Positions 13,340 through 26,040 of a stretch of 64,000 nt of DNA are shown here, in pieces. The notes below the pieces were generated by a model. That model ran no database searches and had not been told where the DNA came from. It was given only the letters and a program-made list of their open reading frames with translations. This DNA is from Tubulanus polymorphus (taxonomy: Eukaryota; Animalia; Nemertea): positions 13,452,050 through 13,516,049 of the forward strand of contig NC_134026.1 in the NCBI RefSeq assembly GCF_964204645.1, in the 5' to 3' direction. The position numbers were made by a program, and so were the translations under genes. Position 1 is the first letter of the stretch. The number at the start of each line of letters is the position of its first letter.

Positions 13340-15250
13340 TTGATTTTGTCACCCGCGACAATTTATTATTTTGGTTTTGTCACACGCGACAATTCAATAT
13401 TTTGGTTTTATCGCCCGCGACAATTCATTATTTTGGTTTTATCGCTTGCGACAATTCATTATTTTGGTTTTGTCGCCGCGAAAATTCAATATTTTGGTTT
13501 TATCGCCCACGACAATTCACTACTTTGGTTTTATCACCAGCGACAATTCATTGTTTTGGTTTTGTCGCCCGCGACAATTCTTTTTGGTTTGGTCGCCCGC
13601 GACAATTCATTATTTTGGTTTTATATTTTGTTTTTGTCGCCCGCGACAATTTTTTTTTGGTTTTGTCGCCTGCGACAATTCAATATTTTGGTTTTATCGC
13701 CTGCGACAACTCAATATTTTGGTTTTATCGCCCGCGATAATTCATTATTTTGGTTTTGTCGCCCGAGACAATTCATTATTTTGGTTTTATCGCTGGCGAC
13801 AATTCATTATTACAGTTTTGTCGCCCCGACAATTCATTACTTTGGTTTTATCTCCAGCGACAATTCATTATTTTGGTTTTGTCGCCCGCGACAATTCTTC
13901 TTTTTGGTTTTGTCGACCGCGACTAATCAATATTTTGGTTTTGTCGCCCGCGACAATTCATTATTTTGGTTTTATCGCCCGCGACAATTCATCATTTTGG
14001 TTTTATCGCCCGCGACAATTCATTATTTTGGTTTTGTCGCCCGCGACAATTGACCATTTTGGTTTTGTCGCCTGGACAATTGACCATTTTGATTTTGTCA
14101 CCCGCGACAATTCATTATTTTGGTTTTGTCGCCCGCGAGAATTCACCATTTTGGTTTTGTCACCCGCGACAAGTCATTATTTTGGTTTTATCGCCCGCGA
14201 CAATTCATTATTTTGGTTTTGTCACCTGCGACAATTAATTACTTTGGTTTTATCTCCAGCGACAATTCATTATTTTGGTTTTGTCGCCAGCGACAATTCT
14301 TCTTTTTGGTTTTGTCGCCCGCGACAATTCTTCTTTTTGGTTTTGTCGCCCGCGACAATTCTTCTTTTTGGTTTTGTCGCCCGCGACAATTCTTCTTTTT
14401 GGTTTTATCGCCCGCGATAATTCATTATTTTGGTTTTATCGCCCACGACAATTCATTATTTTGGTTTTGTCGCCCGAGACAATTCATCATTTTGGTTTTA
14501 TGGCCCGTGACAATTCATTATTTTGGTTTTGACGCCCGCGACAATTCACCATTTTGGTTTTGTCGCCTGGACAATTCACCATTTTGGTTTTGTCGCCCGC
14601 GACAATTCATTATTTTGGTTTTGTCGCCCCCACAATTCTTTTTTTGGTTTTGTCGCCCGCGACAATTCATTAGTTTGGTTTTGTCGCACGTGAAAATTCA
14701 TTATTTTGGTTTTATCGCCCGGGAGAATTCATTATTTTGGTTTTGTCACCCGAAGAAAATTTTGAAGACGCTTTGATCAATTACCTTGATCTTTCGTTTA
14801 TATTTGAATCTACCAAAGGCCCATCAGCATAAGAAAATTGGGTCAATCTGACTCAAGATGGCCGTCCTATGACCTTTTAGTGCCCAAAAATGTCAATTTT
14901 GGCCAGAATTCTAGGTCCTGTAGCTTTCTACTGGTTTGCCATTTCTCATTGCAATTGCTGATGGATATTCTTTAGAGAGGGATGTCGCACGCAACAATTC
15001 AATAGTTTGTTTTGTCGTCCGCGACAATTCATTATTTTGGTTTTATCGCCCGCAACAATTCAATATTTTGGTTTTGTCGCCCGCGACAATTCATTATTGT
15101 GGTTTTATCGCCCGCGACAATTCATTATTTTGGTTTTATCGCCCCGACAATTCATTATTTTTGTTTTGTCGCCCGTGACAATTCAATATTTTGGTTTTGT
15201 CACCCGCGACAATTCATAATTTTGGTTCTGTCACCCGTGGTTTTGTCGAA
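13340..15250 (+). repeat. 31-bp satellite arrays (tcgcccgcgacaattcattattttggttttr)
   Basis: Dozens of tandem 31-mers with an internal palindrome ttgtcgc-cc-gcgacaa. Interrupted at about 14750-14980 by a fragment of HINE family B. Confidence 0.97.
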
Positions 15251-15894
15251 ACACTAAGTTTTTGGTCGAACAGTGTGTTAAGGTTGTTTTGGAAATTTAC
15301 TCGGTCTGGTATATTTTGGATTACTGTGTATGTCATTTGTCAGGACATTAAACAGAAGACGACTTAGAATACTACCTTGCGTGACTCCACTAGTTAGACA
15401 GTCTCATTCCAAGATGAGGCGTTCCGTTGATTTCGGTTACAAGTTTCCGTTCAGAGATAACTGCTGTGCCATTTGGGCGACCTATCATTGATACTGTTTC
15501 CTAATAGCCTGTTCACTAATGGCTGATGTTGAGCCTTATCAAATGCTTTGTTGAAATCCACCGTTGAACAGGATTCTAAGACTGTGCAGAAAACCCGTTA
15601 TCGCTGCTTTGCAGCTTCATTATTTTCTTCCACACTATTTTTGATTTATTTTGCATAAATAATTGGTACAAGGATTATAACATAATAGTTATTACATAAT
15701 ATATAGTCGGTGTAACAATAATTTATGCGAGGAATTGAAGAAAAGCCAATAAGGCTTAAACTAGTCTGAAATCCCTCACCACATACGCTCACATTCTCGC
15801 AATCATACGCACACCACACACATACGTTACTAGAGACACTCTAAAAGATATAAATATAAATTAGACTTGAAGTCAGAACACACTATTATGGTTA

Positions 15895-18801
15895 CTAGTA
15901 ATTAGACAAGAGCAGACTTCTGAGACTGTAACGAAATATACTTAAATGGGGCTGATTTTTCAATTCAGATGGTAGATTGTTCCAGTATTTTGCACCTTGA
16001 ATTTTAATACTTCTAGATTTTATATTAGTTTTGGAAAATTCGATGAAAAGATCATTGATTCTGCGCGTGTTGCGCCAATTAGGTCTAGTACGCCGAAAAA
16101 TGAAGAAGTCTTCAAAAAGGTCAGGTAACAAATTATTAATTTGACAGAAGGTGAAAGTTCCAAGCTGTTGTTTATAAATATCACATAATTTCAGGATTTT
16201 GAGTCTTTTGAAAATTGGTGACGTGTGTTCTAACCAGTCAGAACGCTTTACAGTACGTATTGCTCTTTTCTGGAGAACAAAAAGAGGGTTTAAATAGGTA
16301 CAACAAGCATTTCCCCATATAACATTGGCATAATCAAAATGTGAATGGACAAAACAATGGTATAAATTTTTCAAAATGTCTGGAGATAAGTAATTTTTCA
16401 ACCGGTTAATGATGCCAATGCCACGTGAGACTTTTTTACAAACAAAATTGATGTGTTCCTTCCATGTTAAATTTTGATCAAAAATTATGCCTAGAAATTT
16501 TGTGCTTGTTACTCTTTTTATCGGTTGACCATCTAGGCGTATATTTAGATCCGGAAAAAATCTGTTGCCAAAAATAATGTAATTTGTTTTATCTATATTA
16601 ACGGAAAGGCGATTCGCTCTGAACCAGTTGAGGAGCTGATTTAACTCTCGGTTAAGAATGCCCTCTAACTTTTTATAATTAGAGTTACTACAAAAAAAGT
16701 TGCTATCGTCAGCAAAAAATATAGAGTCTAATAATTTACAAGCATTAGGACAGTCGTTTATGTATACTAGAAACAAAATAGGTCCTAGTATGGAACCTTG
16801 TGGAACACCGGATGTTATATCCGCAGTTAAGGATAAAGTATTTTTATACTTGACCGCTTGTTTTCGACCTGTGATATAACTTTGAAACCAGTTTAGCGGA
16901 ATGCCACGAATTCCATAGTGCTCAAGTTTAGAAATCAGGATATCAAACTTAAGGGTGTCAAATGCCTTTGACAGGTCAATAAATACCCCTGCAGTAAAAA
17001 GGCCCTTATCAAGGGCACTAGATAATTTATTGGTAATGAGAGATAAAGCGAGTGTAGTTGAGTACTTTTTCCTGAAACCAAATTGGTGTTGATTAAAAAG
17101 TTTGAGTTTTTCAAAAAATTTGTTAAGTCTGTCATATACGATTTTTTCCAATATTTTTGATATAGACGGCAAGACGGAAATAGGGCGGTAATTACTGAAT
17201 AGATTATTATTTCCACTTTTATAGATTGGAGTAACATGAGCTATTTTGAATGCACTGGGCACTTGCCCTGAAGTGAAACTGCAATTGAATATATGGCATA
17301 GAGGTTGTGAAATTATAGAAATAATCGATTTAAGTAACTTCATACTTATGTTATCAAAGCCACTTGAAGGTTTTGACTTGAAATTAGAGACAATTAATTC
17401 AATTTCCTGGGTACATGTTGGTGAGAGGAAAAAATTTTCACATACATTTTCACCTAAGTAATCTTTAAAGTTTTTCTCGGAAATTGGTATTTGAGATTCC
17501 AATGACCGCGCAGCGTTTACAAAATACTCATTGAAACTTTCAGCAATTTCTTGCTCATTTTTTAGAACTTTATCTGAGTTAATCTCAGGATTTTGTTTAC
17601 CTTTGTTAAGTAAAGAATTAACGTTTCGCCATATTTCTCTAGGGTTTAATTTACATGCTATAAATTTGTCCCTATAAAATGAATATTTACTCTTCTTGAT
17701 GACAGAATTAAGAATATTTCTATGTCTATTATATTTATCTTTCCTCTCTTTAGTCCGTTTTCGTAAGTACTGTTTATACAGTTTTTCCTTGAAACGAATC
17801 GATTTTTTTATTCCCGTGGTAATCCACGGCTTATGGCTATAATTTGATTTATCACGTATAGATTTAATTGGAAAACTCGTCTCAAAACAATTGTTAATAA
17901 TCTTATAAAATTCCGTGCATGACGCTTCAGGGTCACTATACTCGTACACACTTTGCCAATCATTGGTCAGCAAAGAACGGGAGAAATTTTCAATGGTCCT
18001 AGAATTTATATCATGGATTAACTTAGTATTATTACTTGTTTTATGTCTTTTATAGATACCGTTAAAACTAGCAAAAATTGGGTAGAGGTCTGATATATCA
18101 ACTAAGAAAACACCACTTTGAGATTGGAAATTGTCGTTAAAATTGGTCAATATATTGTCAATAACAGTTGATGTAGTATCTGTTACTCGAGTTGGTAAAT
18201 TTATATGCGGGAAAAAAGAATTACTTATTGCATAGTTAAAGAAAGAATCATTTGGTGAATTATCACCGTATTTACCGAAATCAATATTAAAGTCACCTAA
18301 TAGAATAACACGTAGCTTTTCATTGTCGACTTGGCTTACAAATTGTTCAAAATCAGATAAAAGTGCCGCTATACTTGTATCAGGTGCACGATATACAACG
18401 CCGATAACAGTTTTCATGCATGATTTACTTTGTGGAATCTCTATAAAGAGAGATTCTGCTAAATGGAGGTCTTCCCTTCGTTTAAACGGAATAGCATTAT
18501 TAACCAGAATACCAACTCCGCCTCCTTTTTTATTAAGCCTGCTCTGGTAAACACCGGAATAGCCAGGCAGATTATATAAACATTCATTTGGGTGATTAGT
18601 ATCAGTCCACGTTTCAGTCAGACCGATTACAGAAAATTTGAACTTTAATAAATGTAGGTAGTCGGCTAACGAGTCGAAATTTTTCTTGGCACTTCGGATG
18701 TTAGAATGAAACACACTAAATAAGTCATCGTGCGATTTCAAGTTGAAATCGGACGAAAAATATTAATTACAATTATCTATCAGGTCTGGAATGTCATGCA
18801 T
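15895..18801 (-). CDS. LINE ORF2: apurinic-like endonuclease plus reverse transcriptase; nonsense codon near the N-terminus
   Basis: APE motifs GLTETW, GDFNID, IDNIL. RT motifs NYRPISVLP, DLSKAFD, GVPQGSILGP, FADDS. The likely ATG at 18801 is followed by an in-frame TAA at 18765-18763; 948 aa are open after it. Confidence 0.95.
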
Positions 18802-18818
18802 AACATGTACAAATATAG

Positions 18819-20213
18819 TTATTGATCATCATCGATATAAGGCTTTTTGGTTATTTTCCCTGCGCTTGGTGGCGTCTGTGATTCAGATCGATCTTTTCTT
18901 TTCGTTGTATTCACAGGGGTACTGAAAACTTCAGTGTGGTTCTCAGTAGTAATCGCAGTGATCATCGTTTCAAAGTTCTTCGCAATAGTTGATTTCCCGA
19001 GTTCGTTCAAATGAATCCCCGATTTGTCACTAATGTTGTAAAACCTATCTCTTAAAGCCCCGTGGGGTTTCAGAATTATGTCATTATCAATGAATAGGAT
19101 GTTCTGTTTGGAGCAGAATCGCCCCATGTATGAATTAACTGCGCAGGCGGCAGTATTGAAATCCCTCGCAGCGTTTGAGTTCCCTTTCTTAGGGAAGATA
19201 CTTGAAAGTGATATTTTTGCGGAAGGAAAGTTTTCCTGAACTTTGGCGATGGCGAAGGTAATGTTCATTTTGATAGCATCGGTATCGGACTTGTTGCGAT
19301 TGACGTCATTGGTGCCAATGTGAACGATGACCTCCTTAACGGATTCTAGATTCGGTATTTGGGATGATGCTTTTTCTAAAAGCGACTGAATATTTTCAGC
19401 GGCTGCTCCAGAATGGTGGATGACAGCGCTGCTACTATGTGGATACTGGAGATCTCGCATGTTCGAAACTCCAATGATAACAACATCAGGCGATTGGTTT
19501 CTATCGGATTCTACACTTGTTTGCGTGCTTTCAGGTCCTGGGAGATTAGCTCTTTCAGTGACCGGGTGACCAATACTTTCTTGTTTAGCATGGTCATTCA
19601 ACAACGGACAATCGCGTTTAAAATGATCTGCCGATTTACAGTTGTGACATAAACGATTGTTCAGTCGGCGCGGGCAATTTGAAGAATTGTGATCACAATT
19701 CAGACAGAGTTGACATATAGAGTCGCAATACAATCTCACTGGAAAGTTTCCAATTTTTGTAAATGTCGGCATAACGTTTGCAAGGTTACGAAGCTGGAGA
19801 TACCTTGTACCTGTAAATATCTGAGTTCCTTTTATAACACCTCTTTTAATTGATCCGTCCACGTAATCTCCGTATTTCAATAAAAACGCAACGATCACCT
19901 TGTCGTCCATTTCAATCGGAGCGTCAACTATCTTAACATTAATGTAATTAACATCCACATCGGTGAAATTAACTTGCCGATCCATGATAACAAGTTGGAG
20001 CTTTGATAAACGATTTTTTGTTTCCTTGTCAGTGGCTGTGATTATACAGTTAGAGTTAGTTAACTGAATCGACAGGATTTTACTCACGTCAATTTTATAT
20101 TTCGCTAACGCATTTACTACATCCAGATGTCCTAACCTCTGCTTCCCAAACTGACTGAGGCTGAATTTAACAGAATTCTCTCTTATTAATAACGATTCTT
20201 GCACAGCATCCAT
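18819..20213 (-). CDS. LINE ORF1: RRM-like region, two CCHC zinc knuckles, SGNH/GDSL esterase-like domain
   Basis: DAPIEMDD..LKYG..TGTRY (RRM-like); CQLCLNCDHNSSNC and CHNCKSADHFKRDC; IIGVSN, HIGTND and GIHLNELG (SGNH blocks). 464 aa intact. Confidence 0.9.
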   Translation of the reverse strand: MDAVQESLLIRENSVKFSLSQFGKQRLGHLDVVNALAKYKIDVSKILSIQLTNSNCIITATDKETKNRLSKLQLVIMDRQVNFTDVDVNYINVKIVDAPIEMDDKVIVAFLLKYGDYVDGSIKRGVIKGTQIFTGTRYLQLRNLANVMPTFTKIGNFPVRLYCDSICQLCLNCDHNSSNCPRRLNNRLCHNCKSADHFKRDCPLLNDHAKQESIGHPVTERANLPGPESTQTSVESDRNQSPDVVIIGVSNMRDLQYPHSSSAVIHHSGAAAENIQSLLEKASSQIPNLESVKEVIVHIGTNDVNRNKSDTDAIKMNITFAIAKVQENFPSAKISLSSIFPKKGNSNAARDFNTAACAVNSYMGRFCSKQNILFIDNDIILKPHGALRDRFYNISDKSGIHLNELGKSTIAKNFETMITAITTENHTEVFSTPVNTTKRKDRSESQTPPSAGKITKKPYIDDDQ

Positions 20214-21629
20214 TGTCTTACGATCACTTGGACAACGATTATTGAGAAAATATAACGAGCACGAAATTTGTGCGTCTGACTCTAAGCCGCCATATTGATA
20301 TATATATTTTCACTAAAAGAACAAAGGCTTTGTTACCTTGACGCTGTTGTCGATACAATCCATCTGATATCATTCAGCTCACTTCGATCTACAAATACCC
20401 CGTGCGTATTTCGAAGAATCATCGTTACAAAAGTACTGTCGGGCCGTAAACATCGAAAATTGAGCCCCATTCAAAGAGCCGACATGTTTTTCTAAGTTCT
20501 CCTTCCGAAATTCCGAAAGCACGTTTCTTGTCACATCAATTATCAATTCAAGCATAAATAAACAAATTTATTACCCAAAGATTGCCCATTCTGTCGCGGT
20601 TTTTAAAAACTAATTTTAACAATAGCCCATTTTCCTCATCAAATCGTATTACCGATATACAGGAAATTTAATACTTTAGATTTTAAAAGCACTGTCGAGC
20701 CGTAAACATCGACGAATCGTGTGTCACTACATCGTCGTTCGGGGGATCAGCTGCGAGTTTCACCTCATCATGGGAATCAAATCGAGTACAAATTAATTTA
20801 TTACTACCAGTGATTTGGCTGCGGGCGTCATGCAGTTAGTTTAGCAATACCTATTTTTCTTTACCGAATTAACCGAGTATTTACTAAGATAAATCTTTAG
20901 TGTACCGAGGAATCGTAGGCCTAAACGAAACACGCCGAAGAGATATAGCGGAGAAAAGCTGTTATGTCGACGAGGTATCAAAATAAAAGAATATATTACT
21001 TTATTTGGCCGCGGGCTTCAACCTCTATATCAATACCATCAATACTCTATATTTCCTACAGTACATACCGATCATTGCCAAATGCACAAGGTATTTACTA
21101 AATACAAGTATATAACACAATCCTTTCCGTATGCTGGACTCACACTTCACATTCGGAGTAAGCGTTCGCTGTGGGGGAAAGGGATCGTTCGCTGTGTCGC
21201 TTGATTGAAGTGTTTATCGAGTTTGACGCGGCTTAAGGCCTACCGGTACTGAGCTTTACTGTCTCAAACAAACACAGTATAATTGTTGCGTTTATTAACG
21301 GACTCATTGGATTGAACTTCAAAACAAAATTTACGATATTTAGGTAGGTTGTTATTCAATAGGCCTACGACCAATCTGTCCGGATTTTAGGCCTATGCAT
21401 ATACATAGGCCTACATAGGCTAGTAGCCTCTACTAGGTTAAGCGTTCGCTGTGGGGGAAAGGAGATCGTTCGCTGTGTCGCTTGAAGTGTTTATCGAGTT
21501 TTACGCGACCTCAAGGCTTTATAGTATGGTGGCTGATAAGGGCCATGCGTAAAAAAAAAACACGTATATGCAAATGAGGGCGACATTATGACAAAACGAC
21601 AAAACTAAAATAACGCGACAAAACAATAA

Positions 21630-22272
21630 TTTTGGTTTTGTCGCCCGCGACAATTCATTATTTTGGTTTTATCGCCCGCGACAATTCATTATTTTGGTTT
21701 TATCGCCCGCGACAATTCATTATTTTGGTGTTGTCGCACGCGACAATTCATTATTTTGCTTTTATCGCCCGCGACAATTTTTTTTTTGTCGTGGTTTTAT
21801 CGCCTGTGACAATTCAATATTTTGGTTTTATCGCCAGCGACAATTCATTATTTTGGTTTTATCGCCCGCAACAATTCATTAGTTTGGTTTTGTCGCCCGC
21901 GAGAATTCATTATTTTGGTTTTATCGCCCGCGACAATTCATTATTTTGGTTTTATCGCCCGCGACAGTTCATTATTTTGGTTTTGTCGCACGCGACAATT
22001 CATTATTTTGGTTTTATCACCTGCGACAATTTTTTTTTGTCGGTTTTTATCGCCTGCGACACTTCAATATTTTGGTTTTATCGCCTGCGACAATTCAATA
22101 TTTTGGTTTTATCACCAGTGACATCTCATTATTTTGGTTTTATCGCCCGCGACAATTCAATATTTTGGTTTTATCGCCAGCGACAATTGATTATTTTGGT
22201 TTTATCGCCTGCGACAAATGATTATTTTGGTTTTATCGCCCGCGACAATTAATTTTTTTGGTTTTGTCGCCC
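21630..22272 (+). repeat. 31-bp satellite array
   Basis: Same monomer, preceded by the leader tatgcaaatgagggcgaca. Confidence 0.95.
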
Positions 22273-22362
22273 ACTTTATTAGCTTTTGAATAATTAGGCC
22301 AATTAATAACGTAATAAAGACTTATGCTTTCGCCTATTTTGAAGTCGATTAATCTGATATAG

Positions 22363-22768
22363 TACGGAAGCGATAAAGGGCCTCGAGCTGTCGCGTTCAA
22401 ACTCGACAAGTCGCCATATTTATGTCGATATATCGCGTCAAGTCCACATGAATATGTCTACATATCGCGACGTTTTCACAACAAATTTCGCTTTTTTGCT
22501 CATTTTCCACGGGACAAGCCGTCATTTGAAGACATGTCTATATGTAAGATGAGGACGCTAGTAATATGACGACTGAGTTTCAAGTCGTCATGAATATGTC
22601 GACTTGTCACGAGGAAAATGGTCGAGAAAACGAAATATGTCGTCAAAACGTCACGATATATCGACATATTCATGTCGACTTGACGCGATATATCGCGGTA
22701 TGTCGACATAAATATGGCGACTTGTCGAGTTGGAACGTGACATCTCGAGGCCCCTTATCGCTTCCGTA
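22363..22768. mobile_element. MITE with about 75-bp TIRs
   Basis: tacggaagcgataaagggcctcgag... and ...ctcgaggccccttatcgcttccgta, flanked by the direct repeat GATATAG. Duplicated with its flanks at about 38185-38590. Partial copies at 22865 and 38687. Confidence 0.9.
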
Positions 22769-24079
22769 GATATAGTGTCGAATAATAAGGTCATTTTGGC
22801 AGATTCTTTTTTTTTAAGTGATATTAAAGCGATCATTCAAGTGATCCTACTTAATGAAAGATCTACGGAAGCGATAAAGGGCCTCGAGTTGTCGCGTTTC
22901 AACTCGACAAGTCGCCATATTTATGTCGATATATCGCATCAAGTCAACATAAATATGTTGACATATCGTGACGTTTTGACGAATTGAAACTCAGTCGTCA
23001 TATCACTGGCGTACTCATCTTCCAGCAACGCCAGTCACGTGGAGTCGTACGTGTTCTACTTTCTGCGATGCGACACGACTGTCACAACCAACCGACGCGC
23101 TCTTGCGACTGGCAGAAACTAGTCGCACACAATCGTATTGCAACCGACTTGCACAAAAACTTGCGATGCAACGCGAGGATCGCATCGTGTCACAGGACCT
23201 ACGTCCGGCTTTAAGTTACTGCGGAGCACCAGAAATATCTTTTTTTTCGTTCAAAAGACCTTTCGCTTGAAAATTCTTTCGTCGGAACAAAATTTATTTC
23301 GTTCGAACCAATAATATTCTATACGATTGAACCAATTTGAAAAAATCGTAAGAACAAAGTTGAACAAACTTTTTTTTGTCCAAACGAAAGGTTTTTCGTT
23401 CGAACAATCGTTCAATTGAACAGAATCTTTTTTAATTTGAACAGAATTTTCTTGTCAGAACATTAAGTTTTTCGTTCGAACAAGTATATTGAAAAAAGTT
23501 TTTTCTCCGAACCGAAAGTATGAAGTATTTCGTTCAATCGAACAGAATTCTTTTCATTCAAACATTCGTTCGAAAAAATTGTTTTCGCTCGACCAAATTT
23601 TTTTGCCGGGACTTAAAACTTTTCATTTCAACAATAACATAGCTTTTTATTCGAACACATTTTTTGTCAGAATGAAGAAAATTTTTGGTTCAAGCAAAAA
23701 GCGTATTGTTCGATCAAACAGAATTATTTTCATTCGAATTGGAAATTTTGGAAATTTACTCGGTCTGGTATATGTTGGATTACTGTGTATGTCGTTTGTC
23801 AGGACATTAAACAGAAGACAACTTAGGATACTACCTTGCGTGACTCCACTAGTTTGACCGACTTATTCCAAGATGAGGCGTTCCGTTGATTTCGGCGACA
23901 AGTTTTCGTTCAGAGATAACTGCTGAGCCATTTGGGCGACCTATCATTAATACTGTTTCCTAATAGCCTGTTTAGTAATGGCTGATGTTGTGCCTTATCA
24001 AATGCCTCGTCGAAATCCACCGTTAAACAGGATTCTATGACTGTGCAGAAAACCCGTTATCGCTGCTTTGCAGCTATAT

Positions 24080-24610
24080 TTTGTTTTTGTCGCCCGCGAC
24101 AATTCATTATTTTGGTTTCATTTTTTTTTGTCACCCGCGAAAATTCATTATTTTGGTTTTATCGCACGTGACAATTAAATATTATGTTTTTGTCGCCCGA
24201 GAGAATTCATTGTTTTGGTTTTATCGCCCGGGGCAATTCATTATTTTGGTTTTGTCGCCCGCGAAAATTCATTATTTTGGTTTTATCGCACGTGACAATT
24301 AAATATTATGTTTTTGTCGCCCGAGAGAATTCATTATTGTGGTTTTATCGCCTGCGACAATTCATAGTTTGGTTTTATCGCCCGCGACAATTCATTAGTT
24401 TGGTTTTTTCGTCCGCGACAATTCAATATTTTGGTTTTATCGCCCGCGACAATTCAATATTTTTGTTTTATCGCCCGCGACAATTCATAGTTTGGTTTTA
24501 TCGCCCCCGACAATTCATTAGTTTGGTTTTGTCGCCCGTGACAATTCAATATTTTCGTTTTATCACCCGCGACAATTCATTAGTTTGGTTTTGTCGCCTG
24601 CGACAATTCT
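24080..24610 (+). repeat. 31-bp satellite array
   Basis: Same monomer. Confidence 0.95.
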
Positions 24611-24612
24611 TT

Positions 24613-26040
24613 TTCAGTCCACTTGGGACTTTAGTCCCAGCGGGCTATTGCGTTCACTTTTCGTCCGTCCGTCCGTCCGTCCATAGACGGAATCCAGTTA
24701 TTTCGGGAAGTTTTGAAGACGCTTCAAGGTAATGTCTTGATATTTGGTTTATACATGTATCTACCGGTACCCTAGACACATCATCAGCCCAAAAACCGGC
24801 CCTGTCAGATTCAAGATGGTCGACTGGCAGCCATTGTTGTTTGCCATAATCAGCACTTCTTAAACATTTTCGAAGTTTTCGTGGGAAATTTTGAAGACGC
24901 TTTGATCAATTACCTTGATCTTTCGATTATATTTGAATCTACCAAAGGCCCATCAGCATAAGAAAATTGGGTCGATCTGACTCAAGATGGCCGTCCTATG
25001 ACCTTTTTAGTGCCCAAAAATGTCAATTTTGGCCAGAATTCTAGGTCCTGTAGCTTCCTGCTGGTTTGCCATTTCTCATTGCAATTGCTGATGGGTATTC
25101 TTTAGAGAGGGATGTTTTATACCTGGGACAGGTATTTTGATCAGCCAATTATGACGCAATTGGCGGCCATCTTGGTGTCATCAGTACTCATTCGTAGGTG
25201 GGAAAAAGTTTTTCCACATTAAATTGATACCTAAGGATATTGTGTTACTATATTCAATTGGAAAGTTGTAGCCCATAACGTGTTCTATGATTTTGGTGAG
25301 TTTCAAGGTCATTGGTTTTTGTATGTGGCCATCAGGGGGCGTTGAATAATACAATAACTTAGTATCGCTATATTATATTTGTACCAAGGCATATTTTGTT
25401 ACCATGATCAATTGCAAAGTTGTAGTTCATGACATCGTCTATGATTGTGGTGAGTTTTTTAGGACATTAGTTAATCCATATAGTCACCAGGGGGCGTTGA
25501 ATAGTAGAAAAGCTTAGTTTTTCCTTATTAGATTGGTACCTAGGCATAGTTTGTTACCATGATCCATTGTTAAGTTGTAGTTCATGACATCGTCTATGAT
25601 TGTGGTGAGTTTTTAAGGACATTAGTTATTCCATATAGTCACCAGGGGGCGCTGAATAGTAGAATGGCTTAGTATTTCCTTATTTAGTAGGCTTAGTATT
25701 TCCTTATATTTTGTTACTATGATCAATTGCAAAATTGTATTTCATGACATGTACTACGATTGTGAGTTTTAAGGTCATTGGGTTTTGCATATGGTCACCA
25801 GAGGGCGTTGAATAGTAGAATAACTTAGTATTTCCATATTAAATTGGTAACGAGGCATATTTTATTATCACAATCAATTACAAAATCATAGCTGCTCACA
25901 TGTTCTATGATTGTGGTGGGTTTCAAGGTCATTGGTTTTTGTATATGGTCACTAGAGGGCGTTATGTATTTAAATAGTTAGATAGTTGAGCATTTGAAAC
26001 CACTTCCCAAGTGAGCATGGTGTCCCTGGACCCCTAGTTT
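24613..26040 (+). mobile_element. HINE/pearl/Tsp-like element family B, copy 1
   Basis: 5' subTIR cacttggga, (GTCC)n microsatellite, about 155-bp internal tandem repeats, 3' subTIR tcccaagtg, end cccctagttt. Confidence 0.85.

Larger units (their letters stand above)
15637..20303 (-). mobile_element. Near full-length non-LTR retrotransposon, CR1 group (Crack/Daphne/L2-like ORF2)
   Basis: ORF1 plus ORF2. 5' end caatatggcggc; 3' UTR stem-loop aagcc-ttatt-ggctt (15743-15757); aataaatcaaaaa tail. The host HINE sequence resumes on both sides with a short tatttt duplication. Confidence 0.95.

Noticed and set aside
16935-19652. Short ORFs overlapping LINE ORF1 and ORF2
   Set aside because: Antisense or alternate-frame shadows with no motifs.
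22500-23857. ORFs in MITE regions (also 38192-39656 and 41370-42207)
   Set aside because: Arise from TIRs and subterminal repeats; no transposase motifs.
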